Assembly (NCBI GenBank): GCA_037142615.1
Contig: JBAXAI010000001.1
Coordinates: 288,001 to 352,000, forward strand
Reading direction: 5' to 3'
Length of the DNA stretch: 64,000 bases
From: Spirochaetales bacterium
GTDB taxonomy: Bacteria; Spirochaetota; Spirochaetia; JABEVK01
Part shown: piece after piece, positions 27,826 to 37,848 of the stretch
Layout: each line of letters begins with the position of its first letter
Position numbering within the stretch: position 1 is the stretch's first letter
The notes under the pieces: model-generated
Database searches by the model: none
What the model saw: only the letters and a program-made list of their open reading frames with translations
What the model was told of the DNA's origin: nothing
Translations under genes and position numbers: made by a program

Positions 27826-29777
27826 TGGCGTACGTCCAAAAACTCTTCAACGACAACTTTCTGGAATACGCGAGCTACGTCATCAAGGAACGGGCTATTC
27901 CGCATCTGGACGACGGGTTGAAGCCGGTACAGCGGCGAATCGTGCACTCCCTGCTCGAGATGGACGACGGCAAGTTCCACAAGGTAGCCAACGTGGTGGG
28001 TCACACCATGAAGTACCATCCCCACGGCGACGCGTCGATCTACGAGGCTCTGGTGAACTTGGGTCAGAAGGACATGTTCATCGACCGGCAAGGGAACTTC
28101 GGCAACATCTTCACCGGCGACTCGGCCGCCGCAGGCCGCTACATTGAGTGTCGCTTGCTGCCGCTGGCCAAGGAAATTTTGTACAACCCCGAGATCACCG
28201 AGTTTGTCGATTCTTACGACGGTCGAAACCAGGAACCGGTGGTCTTCCCGGCTAAACTTCCGGTCGTGTTGCTTCAAGGCGTTGACGGAATCGCGGTCGG
28301 GATGTCGACGACGATTCTGCCCCATAACTTCCGCGAGGTTGTTCAGGCGCTGCAAGCGTGTCTCCGGGGTGAGAACTTTCAACTGCTGCCGGATTTTCCC
28401 ACTGGAGGCATGATGGACGCCACAGCCTACCAGGATGGCATGGGCAGCGTTCTTGTCCGGGCCAAGCTGGACACCTCCGACGAAAAACGCATCGTGGTCC
28501 GTGAGCTGCCCTTTGGCGCCACCACAGCAAGCTTGATTGATTCCATCGAGACAGCGGCCAAGAAAGGCAAACTCAAGATTGCGGGCTTGTCGGACTTCAC
28601 CACCGACAAGGTCGAGATCGAAATCAAGCTTCCCCGAGGGGTCTATACCTCCGAAGTCGTCGAGGCGTTGTACGCTTTCACTGACTGCCAGATCAACCAT
28701 CACGTCAATCTTCTGGTGATTCATGATGACCTTCCTGTTCTGATGACCGTCACCGAGGTCGTTGAGTATCACGCCAAGCATCTGGTTGAAGTGCTCAAGA
28801 AGGAGCTCGAGCTCGAACAGCGCAAACTGCTCGACAAGCTCCATCTGCGTACGCTCGAACGGATCTTCATCGAAGAGCGTATCTACAAGCGCATGGAAGA
28901 GATGAAGACGCAGGAGGCAGTTTACGAAGCGGTTCTGACCGGCTTCGAGCCCTTCGCCAAAGAGCTCATCCGCCCGGTGACCGATGACGACATCAAACAC
29001 CTACTCGAAATCCCCATCCGCCGTATTTCGCTGTACGACATCAGCAAAAATCGGCAGGAGGTCGAGGCCATCAACAAGCGGCTGAAAGAAATCAAGTACC
29101 ACTTGGCTCACCTGACCGAGTACGCCCTTGGTTTCCTCGACGAACTGCTGAAAAAGCCGGCTTCGCAAACACCCCGACTGACCAAGGCGAGCACGTTCCG
29201 AAAACTCGGTGCACGCGAAGTTGCCGCACGCGACAAGAAACTTCGATACGACAAGGCCTCCGGTTATCTGGGCTATTCACTGTCCACAGGTGATGTCAAG
29301 CTCGAAGTTTCTGACCTCGACAAGGTGCTTCTCATTCACAAAGACCTGACCTACTCGGTGATCCGTGTTCCCGAAAAGAAGTTTGCAGGCAAGGGCTTGC
29401 TGGGGATCTGGGACGCCGACAAGGATGAACTCGACAAGGTGACGTTTTCGGTGTTGTACAAAGACAACTCGACAGGAAACCTCTACCTCAAGCGCTTCAA
29501 GATCGAGGGCTACATTCTCGACAAAGTGTACGAGTTCATGCCGGAGGACTCGCAGTTTCTGAAGATGACCACCAAGGTCAACGTAAGCATCCACGTTGAC
29601 TACAAGCAGAAGCCGCTGTTGAGGGTCCTGGAAGAAGCCTTTCCCGTGAACAAGTATCTGGTAAAGGGTGTCAAGGCGTTGGGGGTGCGGATCACGAACA
29701 AGGACTTCAACAGCGCCAAGTTCGTCCGGACCGGTTCGGCAGGTTCCGAAGACGAGCCCGAAGGAGAAGAAGAATGA
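27825..29777 (+). CDS. parC: DNA topoisomerase IV subunit A
   Basis: RAIPHLDDGLKPVQRR, YHPHGD, AAGRYIE catalytic Tyr; TAATG coupling. Confidence 0.93.
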   Translation: MAYVQKLFNDNFLEYASYVIKERAIPHLDDGLKPVQRRIVHSLLEMDDGKFHKVANVVGHTMKYHPHGDASIYEALVNLGQKDMFIDRQGNFGNIFTGDSAAAGRYIECRLLPLAKEILYNPEITEFVDSYDGRNQEPVVFPAKLPVVLLQGVDGIAVGMSTTILPHNFREVVQALQACLRGENFQLLPDFPTGGMMDATAYQDGMGSVLVRAKLDTSDEKRIVVRELPFGATTASLIDSIETAAKKGKLKIAGLSDFTTDKVEIEIKLPRGVYTSEVVEALYAFTDCQINHHVNLLVIHDDLPVLMTVTEVVEYHAKHLVEVLKKELELEQRKLLDKLHLRTLERIFIEERIYKRMEEMKTQEAVYEAVLTGFEPFAKELIRPVTDDDIKHLLEIPIRRISLYDISKNRQEVEAINKRLKEIKYHLAHLTEYALGFLDELLKKPASQTPRLTKASTFRKLGAREVAARDKKLRYDKASGYLGYSLSTGDVKLEVSDLDKVLLIHKDLTYSVIRVPEKKFAGKGLLGIWDADKDELDKVTFSVLYKDNSTGNLYLKRFKIEGYILDKVYEFMPEDSQFLKMTTKVNVSIHVDYKQKPLLRVLEEAFPVNKYLVKGVKALGVRITNKDFNSAKFVRTGSAGSEDEPEGEEE

Positions 29778-30037
29778 TCTTCCGGCAACCCGAATGGCCC
29801 TGTCCGCTCGACGATTCGTCCGAGGCGGCGCTGTTCTCTGGTCTCCTTCAAGAAGAGGGCATCCCACATAAAGTGGTGCGACACGGCGACTCGCTCTGGG
29901 GTTTCTCGGAGGAACTCAGTATCGGGTGGGGGCATGTCGAAACCACGCAAGAGTTTCAGGAGAGGCTGGAAGCCCTCTATGCGGAGTTCCGCGCCGCCGA
30001 TTCCCCCCCTGCCGAAGACGTCGATCAGGAACTCTAG
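29774..30037 (+). CDS. Small hypothetical protein (DUF2007/putative signal-transducing-like)
   Basis: ATGA overlap with parC; EA.L...LL.EEGIP pattern. Confidence 0.6.
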   Translation: MIFRQPEWPCPLDDSSEAALFSGLLQEEGIPHKVVRHGDSLWGFSEELSIGWGHVETTQEFQERLEALYAEFRAADSPPAEDVDQEL

Positions 30038-30786
30038 CTTTCGGCTCTGGCTTGATCGAGGAGTTGCTCGTTGGCAACGACACGCCAGGGAGCCAGGTTC
30101 GACTCGCGGGCACGGTTTTCGCGCTGTTCCCAAAGTTCCCGGAACTTCAATTGTTGCTTGGGTAGCAGTGCTCCGGCACCCTTGACCTTTCGCCAGGGTT
30201 GATCAGTGTCGTCGTACACAAAGGCCTCGACAGCGCGCATGCGCTGGTCAAATGGCGATCTCTGTTTCTTTTCGTCGAGCGCACTCTCGAGCGCAGCACC
30301 GAGCGGCAAGAGGTAACGAACATCCTTTTCTGCGTAGGCAAGTTGTTGAGCGCGAAGGGGCCTGATATTCCAGTCGGAGGTCTGCCATTTTTCTTCCTTG
30401 ACGAGTTCGACCCCGAGCAGGCGACTGGCCAACAAAGGGAGCGAGGGTTTTGGGAATCCGGTCAGCCTCGCCGCATCGAAGAGGTCGAACAAGCCGCGCA
30501 ACGGGATGCCATAGCAGAACTTAAGGGCACGGACATCATTCTGGGCGGCCCAGATCACCTTGCGGATGCTCGGATCTTCCAAAACGCTTTGCCATTCAGC
30601 GAACTCGCTTTCGCTTTCAAAGGAATGCTCCAACGGGTCGAGCAGGACGGCAGTTCCATCTTCCAAGGACACCTGGAACAGACAGATCCGCCTGCCGTAG
30701 CGGTGCAGGTTGAAGTCACCCTCCAGGTCAAAGCCAAGTTTCCGGCTTGAGAGAATACGCTCGCGAACAACAGCCCACCTGTGCAT
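30034..30786 (-). CDS. rnd: Ribonuclease D-like 3'-5' exonuclease with HRDC domain
   Basis: GFDLEG, ICLFQ, SDW..RPL...QL.YA..DV, RE..AR..N..P..V. Confidence 0.85.
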   Translation of the reverse strand: MHRWAVVRERILSSRKLGFDLEGDFNLHRYGRRICLFQVSLEDGTAVLLDPLEHSFESESEFAEWQSVLEDPSIRKVIWAAQNDVRALKFCYGIPLRGLFDLFDAARLTGFPKPSLPLLASRLLGVELVKEEKWQTSDWNIRPLRAQQLAYAEKDVRYLLPLGAALESALDEKKQRSPFDQRMRAVEAFVYDDTDQPWRKVKGAGALLPKQQLKFRELWEQRENRARESNLAPWRVVANEQLLDQARAES

Positions 30787-31229
30787 CAACGGCCGAGCTG
30801 CTTCTTGATCTTCTGAAAGGCCTCGCCGATCTTCTGCGACTGCGCCGTAGCCTTGCGCATGTTGCCTTCGTGACCAGCGTGGCGGTCTGGATGATGCTTT
30901 TTGAGAAGGGTGCGATGGGCTGCCGTGATTTCTTCCCAGGTGGCGTCCGTCTTTACGCCCAGCACGGCGTAGGCGGCGATCAGTTCCGGGTCCAGTCCGG
31001 GTGTTGCCGGATGGGGACGGGCGTTCTGGTTCTGCTCGCGGAAGCCGTGAGTACTCTGTTGAGGGCGTGCGGGCCTTGGGCCGGAACCCTGCTTTCCCAA
31101 ACCCTCGGATTCGAGTTCTTCCCAAGCAGCCTGCAAGTCGTCGTCTTCGGGTGTCACGGGTCTTGCCGGGGCCGAATCCACACCAAAGGAACGGATCAGC
31201 CGTCCCAGACGGTCAAAAATCGGATCCAT
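30786..31229 (-). CDS. Small C-terminal J-domain protein
   Basis: AYAVLGV......EI..A...L.KKHHPDR; TGATG coupling to rnd. Confidence 0.88.
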   Translation of the reverse strand: MDPIFDRLGRLIRSFGVDSAPARPVTPEDDDLQAAWEELESEGLGKQGSGPRPARPQQSTHGFREQNQNARPHPATPGLDPELIAAYAVLGVKTDATWEEITAAHRTLLKKHHPDRHAGHEGNMRKATAQSQKIGEAFQKIKKQLGR

Positions 31230-32579
31230 TTAGGCCTCCTTGGCCGGGAAAAAAACATCGTGAATCGCAGCCACACAGTGGTCCAGGTCACCGGCGCCCA
31301 CCACAAAGGAGAGGTTGATTTCTGAGGCGCCCAGCGAGATCAGATGGACCTGGACTTCGGGAATGGCCTGAAACACGCGGGCAATCCCACGGTTGTCCTT
31401 CCAGACGTCCTGCCCGACGAGGCAGATAATGGCGCAGTCTTCCTCAACTTTCACGGTTCCCAGCTCTCCAAGCGAGGCGACGAGTTCGCGGATATCACGC
31501 TTGCCTTCGATCGTGGTCGAAACCGACACCTCTGAAGTGGCTACGAGATCTACTGAAACCTTGTGGCGGTCAAAGATTTCGAAGATTCGTTTCAGAAAAC
31601 CGTAGGCGTTCAGCATTCGGCTCGAAGTGACCGTGACCACCGTGACGCCCTTTCTTCCGGCGATTGCGCGCAGACCGCTGCCTGGGGCCTCCTGAACGAT
31701 GCGTGTCCCGGGGTGAGAAGAGTTTCGGGTGTTTTTGACTAGGACGGGAATCTGACGCTCGACAGCGGGCTGAATCGTGGCGGGGTGCACGACTTTCGCT
31801 CCGAAAAAGGCCAACTCCGCCGCTTCGGCGTAGGTTATCGCGGGAATAGACTGGGCGTGGGGGACTTTACGGGGATCGGTGGTCATGATGCCGTCGACAT
31901 CGGTCCAGATCTGAACTTCCTCGGCACCGAGCGCTGCACCGAACAACGCCGCCGAATAGTCCGAGCCGCCCCGTCCCAACACGGTTGTGACTCCTGCCAG
32001 GGTGGCCCCGACAAAGCCCTGAATGACGTGAAGCTCACCAGCTTGGGGATGAATCGAAGCCCGAACGGCGGACTCTGTGGGACCCCACAGAACGGCAGCC
32101 TCTCCGAAATTTTCGTCGGTCCGCAACAATTGGCGCGCGTCGTGCCACGTGCAACGAAGCCCCCGCTGGGTGGCTCGGGCGCAGATCAAAACGGTTGATA
32201 GCAGTTCACCGGTTCCAACCAAGGCATCCTGAACCCGAGGCGAACAGTCTTTGAGGAGAAGAGAACCCTTGACCAGTGCTTCGAGATCGCCCAAGTGGGA
32301 GTTCAAGAGAACTCTGCCTTGCTCGAGGGCGTGTCCCGACGCAAGCGCTTCCAGCGTTTCGTGGTGGCGGGTAACGATCCCGGCGACAAGCGAACTGGCG
32401 ACCTCTTGTTGGCCCGTCTCAAGGGCCGACACCAGTTCAACCAGCTCGTTCGTCACCCCGGCCATGGCCGATGAGACCAGCAAGGGGGCTCGGGAAAGTT
32501 CCCGGGCGGCGATGTCGAGGGCCCCATCGATAGCCTGCGCATTTTGCACGGAAGTTCCGCCGAATTTCAGCACGATCAT
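31230..32579 (-). CDS. lysC: Aspartate kinase (lysine-sensitive type, ACT domains)
   Basis: MIVLKFGGTSV, SAMAGVT, LGRGGSDYSA, WTDVDG, FGAKVVHP, TSEVSVS. Confidence 0.95.
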   Translation of the reverse strand: MIVLKFGGTSVQNAQAIDGALDIAARELSRAPLLVSSAMAGVTNELVELVSALETGQQEVASSLVAGIVTRHHETLEALASGHALEQGRVLLNSHLGDLEALVKGSLLLKDCSPRVQDALVGTGELLSTVLICARATQRGLRCTWHDARQLLRTDENFGEAAVLWGPTESAVRASIHPQAGELHVIQGFVGATLAGVTTVLGRGGSDYSAALFGAALGAEEVQIWTDVDGIMTTDPRKVPHAQSIPAITYAEAAELAFFGAKVVHPATIQPAVERQIPVLVKNTRNSSHPGTRIVQEAPGSGLRAIAGRKGVTVVTVTSSRMLNAYGFLKRIFEIFDRHKVSVDLVATSEVSVSTTIEGKRDIRELVASLGELGTVKVEEDCAIICLVGQDVWKDNRGIARVFQAIPEVQVHLISLGASEINLSFVVGAGDLDHCVAAIHDVFFPAKEA

Positions 32580-32585
32580 GGGCTC

Positions 32586-32615
32586 AAGGTAAAGGAAGCA
32601 CTGGCGCGGTGTCAA
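32586..32615 (-). promoter_or_regulatory. Putative sigma70 promoter of lysC (leaderless)
   Basis: TTGACA-N18-TACCTT-N6-ATG; no SD. Confidence 0.6.
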
Positions 32616-32675
32616 GAAATGCAAAGTCCTTTCCGCGCACGGGGAAACCCGTTAGGATGCTGGAAGGAGAACTCC

Positions 32676-33491
32676 ATGGACCAACAAACTTCGCTTGCCG
32701 TTGACAAGGCGCTTGCCTACCTGAAAAGTCGCTTTTCGGCTGTTCCATCGATTGGCATTGTGCTTGGCTCGGGTCTTTCGGGCATCGGTGATGCCTTTCC
32801 CGGCGAAAGCATCCCCTACAGTGATATCCCCGGGTTTCCCCAGCCTACAGTTTCGGGACACCGAGGCATTCTGAAAGTCGGCCCCAAGGCCATCATTTTT
32901 CTGGGCCGGTTTCACTTCTACGAGGGCAACTCGATGTCGACAGTGGTCTTTCCCGTCCTTCTGATGAAGAAGTGGGGAGTCAAGACGGTTGTCCTCACCA
33001 ACGCCGCAGGTGGAGTGAACCCAAGTTATGTACCGGGGCAGTTGGTCCTCATCAGCGATCACATCAACTTCATGGGCACAAACCCATTCATCGGCCCACA
33101 TGACGCCGCGCTGGGGCCGAGGTTCTTTGACATGACCACCACCTACACCCCGGCACTGCGCAAGCGGGTGCAGGGGATTGCCCGTTCCAAACTGGGTGGT
33201 GAGCTGGCCGAAGGTGTTTACATGGGCTTTACGGGCCCCTGCTACGAAACGCCCGCCGAAGTGAGAATGGCCGGTTTGCTTGGAGCCTCACTTGTCGGAA
33301 TGTCCACGGTCCCCGAGGCCATCACCGCACGTTCGTGTGGTCTGGATCTCGCGGCCATTTCCGTGTGCACCAACTTAGCGGCGGGAATCAGCGCTACGGA
33401 ACTTGACCACCAGGAAGTCATGGAAAACGGCAGAAAGGCCGAAGGGGCCCTCACGACCTTGCTGACCACTTTGGTCCAGGACCTTCCCTGA
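32676..33491 (+). CDS. punA: Purine-nucleoside phosphorylase (trimeric type)
   Basis: IVLGSGL, V.GH.G, GRFHFYEG, TNAAGG, GPCYETPAE, VGMSTVPE, TN.AAG; GGAG RBS. Confidence 0.93.
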   Translation: MDQQTSLAVDKALAYLKSRFSAVPSIGIVLGSGLSGIGDAFPGESIPYSDIPGFPQPTVSGHRGILKVGPKAIIFLGRFHFYEGNSMSTVVFPVLLMKKWGVKTVVLTNAAGGVNPSYVPGQLVLISDHINFMGTNPFIGPHDAALGPRFFDMTTTYTPALRKRVQGIARSKLGGELAEGVYMGFTGPCYETPAEVRMAGLLGASLVGMSTVPEAITARSCGLDLAAISVCTNLAAGISATELDHQEVMENGRKAEGALTTLLTTLVQDLP

Positions 33492-35935
33492 GCCGGGACA
33501 TCTCCGAACGGCTGTCAGATACCGTCGTCGCCGAACTTAGGCTTGAGATTGTCAGAGCTTCAGGCAACGAAGTGCTTTTTGTCGGGCTCGTCAATTCCGA
33601 AGGCTTTTGCCGTCAGGTCAAAGCGGTGGCTCGCGGCGACCAGAACTCAGTTCCGGCTCTGGCTCCCCACATGGAAGCAGGTGACGTGGTGCTCCACAAT
33701 CATCCTTCTGGGAATCTTCAGCCCAGTCAGCCGGATCTGGCGGTAGCTTCGGGCCTCGGGCAGCAGGGCATCGGCTTCTGGATCATCAACAACGACGTTA
33801 CCGAGTGCTATGCCGTCTGCGAACCTGTTGTCGTTCAGGAACTCAGCCTGGTATCGGTGCCTGCGGTGGCGTCGCACCTGAGTTCGGGTGGCAGTTTCTC
33901 GCGGACCCTCAGGAACTTCGAAAGCAGGGAAAGTCAGGTGGCTCTCAGTCAGCTTTTTGCCCGCGGTTTCAACGAAGATTCGGTGGTCGTGGCCGAGGCA
34001 GGGACGGGGGTAGGGAAGTCCTTCGCGTACCTCGTTCCGGCGCTGCTTTGGGCGTCACGAAACAAAGAGAGGGTCGTGGTATCGACCGCGACAATCAACC
34101 TCCAGCAGCAATTGTTTGAAAAAGACATTCCGCTCGTTCAGAAGTCCCTTGGAACGCAAGTTAAGGCCGTCCTGGTCAAGGGGCGACGAAACTACCTTTG
34201 CCCCACGCGGTTGGCCGAAGAGATCCGCGAGGTTGCACTCGACAACAATCTCCCCGCCACACAGCTCAACGCGATCGCCGAGTGGAGCGCCCAGACCAGA
34301 ACCGGTGACGTCTCGGAACTGGGGTTTGTGCCCGATGAAGGCCAGTGGAGCCGGGTTTGCAGCGATGCCGATGTGTGTTCGGGTCTGCGTTGTGCTCAAG
34401 GCGACGGTTGCTTTCTGGCTCGTTCTCGCAAGGAAGCCGCCGGCGCGGGACTCCTGGTGGCGAACCACCATTTGCTGTTTGCTGATCTTGCCCTGCGCAT
34501 GAATGGCTTTGGCACCGAGGCGACCGCTGTTTTGCCGCCTTTTCAGCGCATCATCTTCGACGAGGCACACCACATCGAGAAGAGCGCCACCAGTTACTTC
34601 TCGTCTACACTGAACAAGGTCTTCCTGTTCAAGCAGTTGGGCCGGCTTTTCCGCCGGCGGAGGGGCAGGGCAACGGGACTGGTCCTGACCCTGCAGGGCT
34701 TAGGAACCGAGAACATCGAGTTCAGTGCGTTTCCCGAGTTCATCGAAACGATCCATAACCAGTTCGACCTCTGGACGACCGAAGCCCTCGTGGTACTGGA
34801 TGGCCAGGGCAGTCTGCGCATCGCCGGCGAAGCAGGGGACCGTCTCCTTGACCGGCTGTTGCCCCGGCTGAAAGACCTGCAGAATCCTCTGGTCCAGCTT
34901 GGGGCACTCTGTCTGCGGCTTTCCGAGGTGTGGGACGACGAAACCGAAGTTCCCAGCGAGGCCCGCGAAGTGCGTTCCATAGCGAGGCGGCTGGAAGGCC
35001 TGTCACAAATCATCGACAGGGTCACCAAGTACGCCAGCGATACCGGCAATGTCTATTGGCTCGAGCGTGTGCGCGACCCCGCTGGAACCGCCCAGGTCGA
35101 CCTGACAATCTCACCGCTTGCCATCGACCAGTTGATGGTCAAGGCCGTGTTCGACCCTTACCCGACTGTGATGTTCACTTCGGCAACGCTGACCGTCAAA
35201 GGAGACTTCCAGTTTTGGGCGTCCCGCGTCGGAGTCGATCTGGTGGACCGTGACAGGAAACTGACAGGAATCTTCCCCTCTCCCTTTGACTACGCCCATC
35301 GGGTCCTCTTGGCGTGCCCTACCGATTTTCCGATGCCCGACCAGTCCGACTACCAGCCCCGGTTGGAGTCCTATCTTCCGGAACTTCTCCGCGCCGCCCG
35401 CGGAAGTGCTTTGGTCCTGTTCACTTCTTTCGAGAGCATGCGCAGCGCGTGGCAGAAGGTGCAGCCGATTCTGGCAAAAGAAAATATTTCGGTGTACCGG
35501 CAAGGCGACGAGGAGCGGACCCGACTCCTCGACCGCTTCAAGACAGAAATTACCAGTGTGCTGTTTGCCACCGATAGCTTTTGGGAAGGAGTCGATAGTC
35601 CCGGTGACACCCTACGACTGGTGGTCCTCTGCCGCTTGCCGTTCCGGGTCCCTTCCGAGCCGGTCCTTGCGGCCAGGATGGAACTCCTTCAATCGAGGGG
35701 TCTCGATCCCTTCATGAACTACAGTCTGCCCGAGGCCGTCACCCGCTTCAAACAGGGTTTCGGGCGTTTGATCCGACATACGGAAGATTCCGGTTGCGTC
35801 GTGGTTCTTGACCCGAGAATGGTTCGAAAGGCCTACGGCGCCAGTTTCACCGCTTCGGTTCCGGAAACCTTGCGCGCTCTGGAACCTGCCGAAAGACTTC
35901 TCGAAACAATTCCCGCTTTCTTGACTTCGGTCTAG
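33488..35935 (+). CDS. DinG-family Fe-S helicase with N-terminal JAB/MPN domain (probable CTG start)
   Basis: GNEV...HNHPSG.L.PS..D JAMM motif; Q motif R.SQ; EAGTGVGKS; Cys cluster; DEAHH; FWEGVD; QGFGRLIR. Frame open from CTG 33488 overlapping punA TGA. Confidence 0.88.
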   Translation: MSRDISERLSDTVVAELRLEIVRASGNEVLFVGLVNSEGFCRQVKAVARGDQNSVPALAPHMEAGDVVLHNHPSGNLQPSQPDLAVASGLGQQGIGFWIINNDVTECYAVCEPVVVQELSLVSVPAVASHLSSGGSFSRTLRNFESRESQVALSQLFARGFNEDSVVVAEAGTGVGKSFAYLVPALLWASRNKERVVVSTATINLQQQLFEKDIPLVQKSLGTQVKAVLVKGRRNYLCPTRLAEEIREVALDNNLPATQLNAIAEWSAQTRTGDVSELGFVPDEGQWSRVCSDADVCSGLRCAQGDGCFLARSRKEAAGAGLLVANHHLLFADLALRMNGFGTEATAVLPPFQRIIFDEAHHIEKSATSYFSSTLNKVFLFKQLGRLFRRRRGRATGLVLTLQGLGTENIEFSAFPEFIETIHNQFDLWTTEALVVLDGQGSLRIAGEAGDRLLDRLLPRLKDLQNPLVQLGALCLRLSEVWDDETEVPSEAREVRSIARRLEGLSQIIDRVTKYASDTGNVYWLERVRDPAGTAQVDLTISPLAIDQLMVKAVFDPYPTVMFTSATLTVKGDFQFWASRVGVDLVDRDRKLTGIFPSPFDYAHRVLLACPTDFPMPDQSDYQPRLESYLPELLRAARGSALVLFTSFESMRSAWQKVQPILAKENISVYRQGDEERTRLLDRFKTEITSVLFATDSFWEGVDSPGDTLRLVVLCRLPFRVPSEPVLAARMELLQSRGLDPFMNYSLPEAVTRFKQGFGRLIRHTEDSGCVVVLDPRMVRKAYGASFTASVPETLRALEPAERLLETIPAFLTSV

Positions 35936-35949
35936 GCAGGCTTCACACT
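35921..35949 (+). promoter_or_regulatory. Putative sigma70 promoter of sensor kinase (leaderless)
   Basis: TTGACT-N17-CACACT-N6-ATG. Confidence 0.5.
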
Positions 35950-35955
35950 ACAGCT

Positions 35956-37794
35956 ATGCTTTCGCTGACACGTGCCGAGACAGGAATGACCCGGCGCCTG
36001 GTGGTTTCCATCCTCATGGTCTCGCTGACGGTTTTGGTGCTCGCTATTGCCGGGCGTGCTTGGGAACGCCAATCTGCGCTTGCCAGCCAGAGTGCAGCGG
36101 CCAAGTCCAACACCGCAGTGCGCATTGGTGCCAGTTGCGGCGCCGCTGTCTGGCAATTTGATGACCAGGCCCTCGATACCATCCTCCGTTCTGAGCTTCT
36201 CGACAACTCGTTGATTTCGGTGCGAATCTTCCAAAACGAGTCCGACACGATCGCTTGGCTTACTCGACTTCCGACGGGCAAGGTCACCCAAGTCACCAGC
36301 GCCCCTGTGGGTAACTACGACACCCGAAACTTCCCGATCCACTATTCTGGAAACGGCGGGGCACTTTCGTTGCAGGCGACGGTTTCCCTCTGGTTCGACG
36401 ACAGCTTTTCTCTGAGCGTTCTCATCAGCGATTTGGTGTGGAACATCCTCGTTGTCGTTTTCATTGTTGTCACTCTGACGCTGCTGTTGGCCTTTTCGGT
36501 CCTGCGTCAATTGGTTCGCCCGCTCGAGTTTCTCCGCTCCGGAATGATCGAGGCTGCCGAAAGCAGCAGTCGAGGCGCGAACTCCCCTTCCATCCGTGAC
36601 AACCTTCCCAAAGCAGCTTTCCCCGAGTTGGAGAGAATGGCCAGTGACCTCGATGTTGTGTTCAGTACCATTTCATCAGCTATTTCGCAGCAGAAGTCCA
36701 CCGAAGCCAAGATCCAGAACCTCAACGAAAACCTGGAATCGCTCGTCCTGGAAAGGACCGAGGAACTGGCACACACCAACAGGGAGTTGTCCGAAACTCT
36801 GGAATCACTCAAGCGCGTGCAGGATGAACTGGTCAACTCAGCCCAGTTGGCCGTGCTCGGCCGACTCGTGGCAACCATCGCGCACGAACTCAATACCCCC
36901 TTGGGGGCGATTGTGTCGTCCAATTCATCAGTCTTGCAGGGATTGGCCGACTTGGGCACGGATCTGTTGCCGTTTTTCGCCTCCCTGGGGGGACCTGAGC
37001 GCGAGTTTCTTCAGGCTCTGGTAGCGAGTGCCGCTCATCGCACATTTCCTCTCGACACACCCGAAGACCGGCTGCTCAAGAAACGCTACGTGCACTTTTT
37101 TGAAACCCACGGAGGCGATGATCCCATCAACCTAGCCGATATTCTGGTCGAAACAGGCTACCGAACCGACGAACGCGGTCTGGACTACCTGGTTGGCCTG
37201 AAGGGCTACAGCGAGGTTATCGAGGCCGGCGGCAAACTGGGTTCGCTCTTGCTCGCGACGCGGATCGTCGGACTGGCAACCGAGAAGGCAAGCAAGTTTG
37301 TCACGGCGCTCAAGACCTACTCCCGCAGCGATGACGGCGATGATACCCAAGAGGTCGATGTTATCGCGAGCCTTGAGACGGTACTCCTGCTGTTCCAGCA
37401 CGAGATCAAGCTCGGCGTGAAGGTGGAAAAAGACTTCCAAAATGTCCCGCTGGTTCGCTGCCGTCATGAGGGGATCCAGCAAGTTTGGACGAATCTGATC
37501 GGCAACGCTTTCCACGCCATGGGCCACCGAGGCACTCTGACGCTCAAAGTTTTCGAGCAGGCGCCGTGGGTTGTCGTGAGCGTTCAGGATTCGGGCTCCG
37601 GAATCCCGGTGCCCCTGCAGGGCCGGATCTTCACCCCGTTCTTCACGACGAAAAAACCAGGCGAAGGCACGGGCTTGGGACTCGATATCGCACGGCGCAT
37701 CGTCATGGAAGGGGGAGGGAACATCAGTTTTGAAAGTTCGCCGGGCCACACCGTATTTCAGGTTCGCCTTCCAGTTTCTCCCGTGTTGCCCTAG
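35956..37794 (+). CDS. Membrane sensor histidine kinase (NtrB-like, orphan)
   Basis: Two TM segments, coiled coil, AHELNTP, QVWTNLIGNA, DSGSG, FFTTK, GTGLGL. Confidence 0.92.
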   Translation: MLSLTRAETGMTRRLVVSILMVSLTVLVLAIAGRAWERQSALASQSAAAKSNTAVRIGASCGAAVWQFDDQALDTILRSELLDNSLISVRIFQNESDTIAWLTRLPTGKVTQVTSAPVGNYDTRNFPIHYSGNGGALSLQATVSLWFDDSFSLSVLISDLVWNILVVVFIVVTLTLLLAFSVLRQLVRPLEFLRSGMIEAAESSSRGANSPSIRDNLPKAAFPELERMASDLDVVFSTISSAISQQKSTEAKIQNLNENLESLVLERTEELAHTNRELSETLESLKRVQDELVNSAQLAVLGRLVATIAHELNTPLGAIVSSNSSVLQGLADLGTDLLPFFASLGGPEREFLQALVASAAHRTFPLDTPEDRLLKKRYVHFFETHGGDDPINLADILVETGYRTDERGLDYLVGLKGYSEVIEAGGKLGSLLLATRIVGLATEKASKFVTALKTYSRSDDGDDTQEVDVIASLETVLLLFQHEIKLGVKVEKDFQNVPLVRCRHEGIQQVWTNLIGNAFHAMGHRGTLTLKVFEQAPWVVVSVQDSGSGIPVPLQGRIFTPFFTTKKPGEGTGLGLDIARRIVMEGGGNISFESSPGHTVFQVRLPVSPVLP

Positions 37795-37848
37795 TTGGAG
37801 TTTCTGAGCTATCTTTGGCATCGATTCAAGATTTCAAAAGGCGGGGCT

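Noticed and set aside
33488-35935. DinG as part of a type IV CRISPR or CBASS/ubiquitin-like defence system
   Set aside because: No cas/csf genes, array, E1/E2 or cyclase nearby; neighbours are punA and a sensor kinase.
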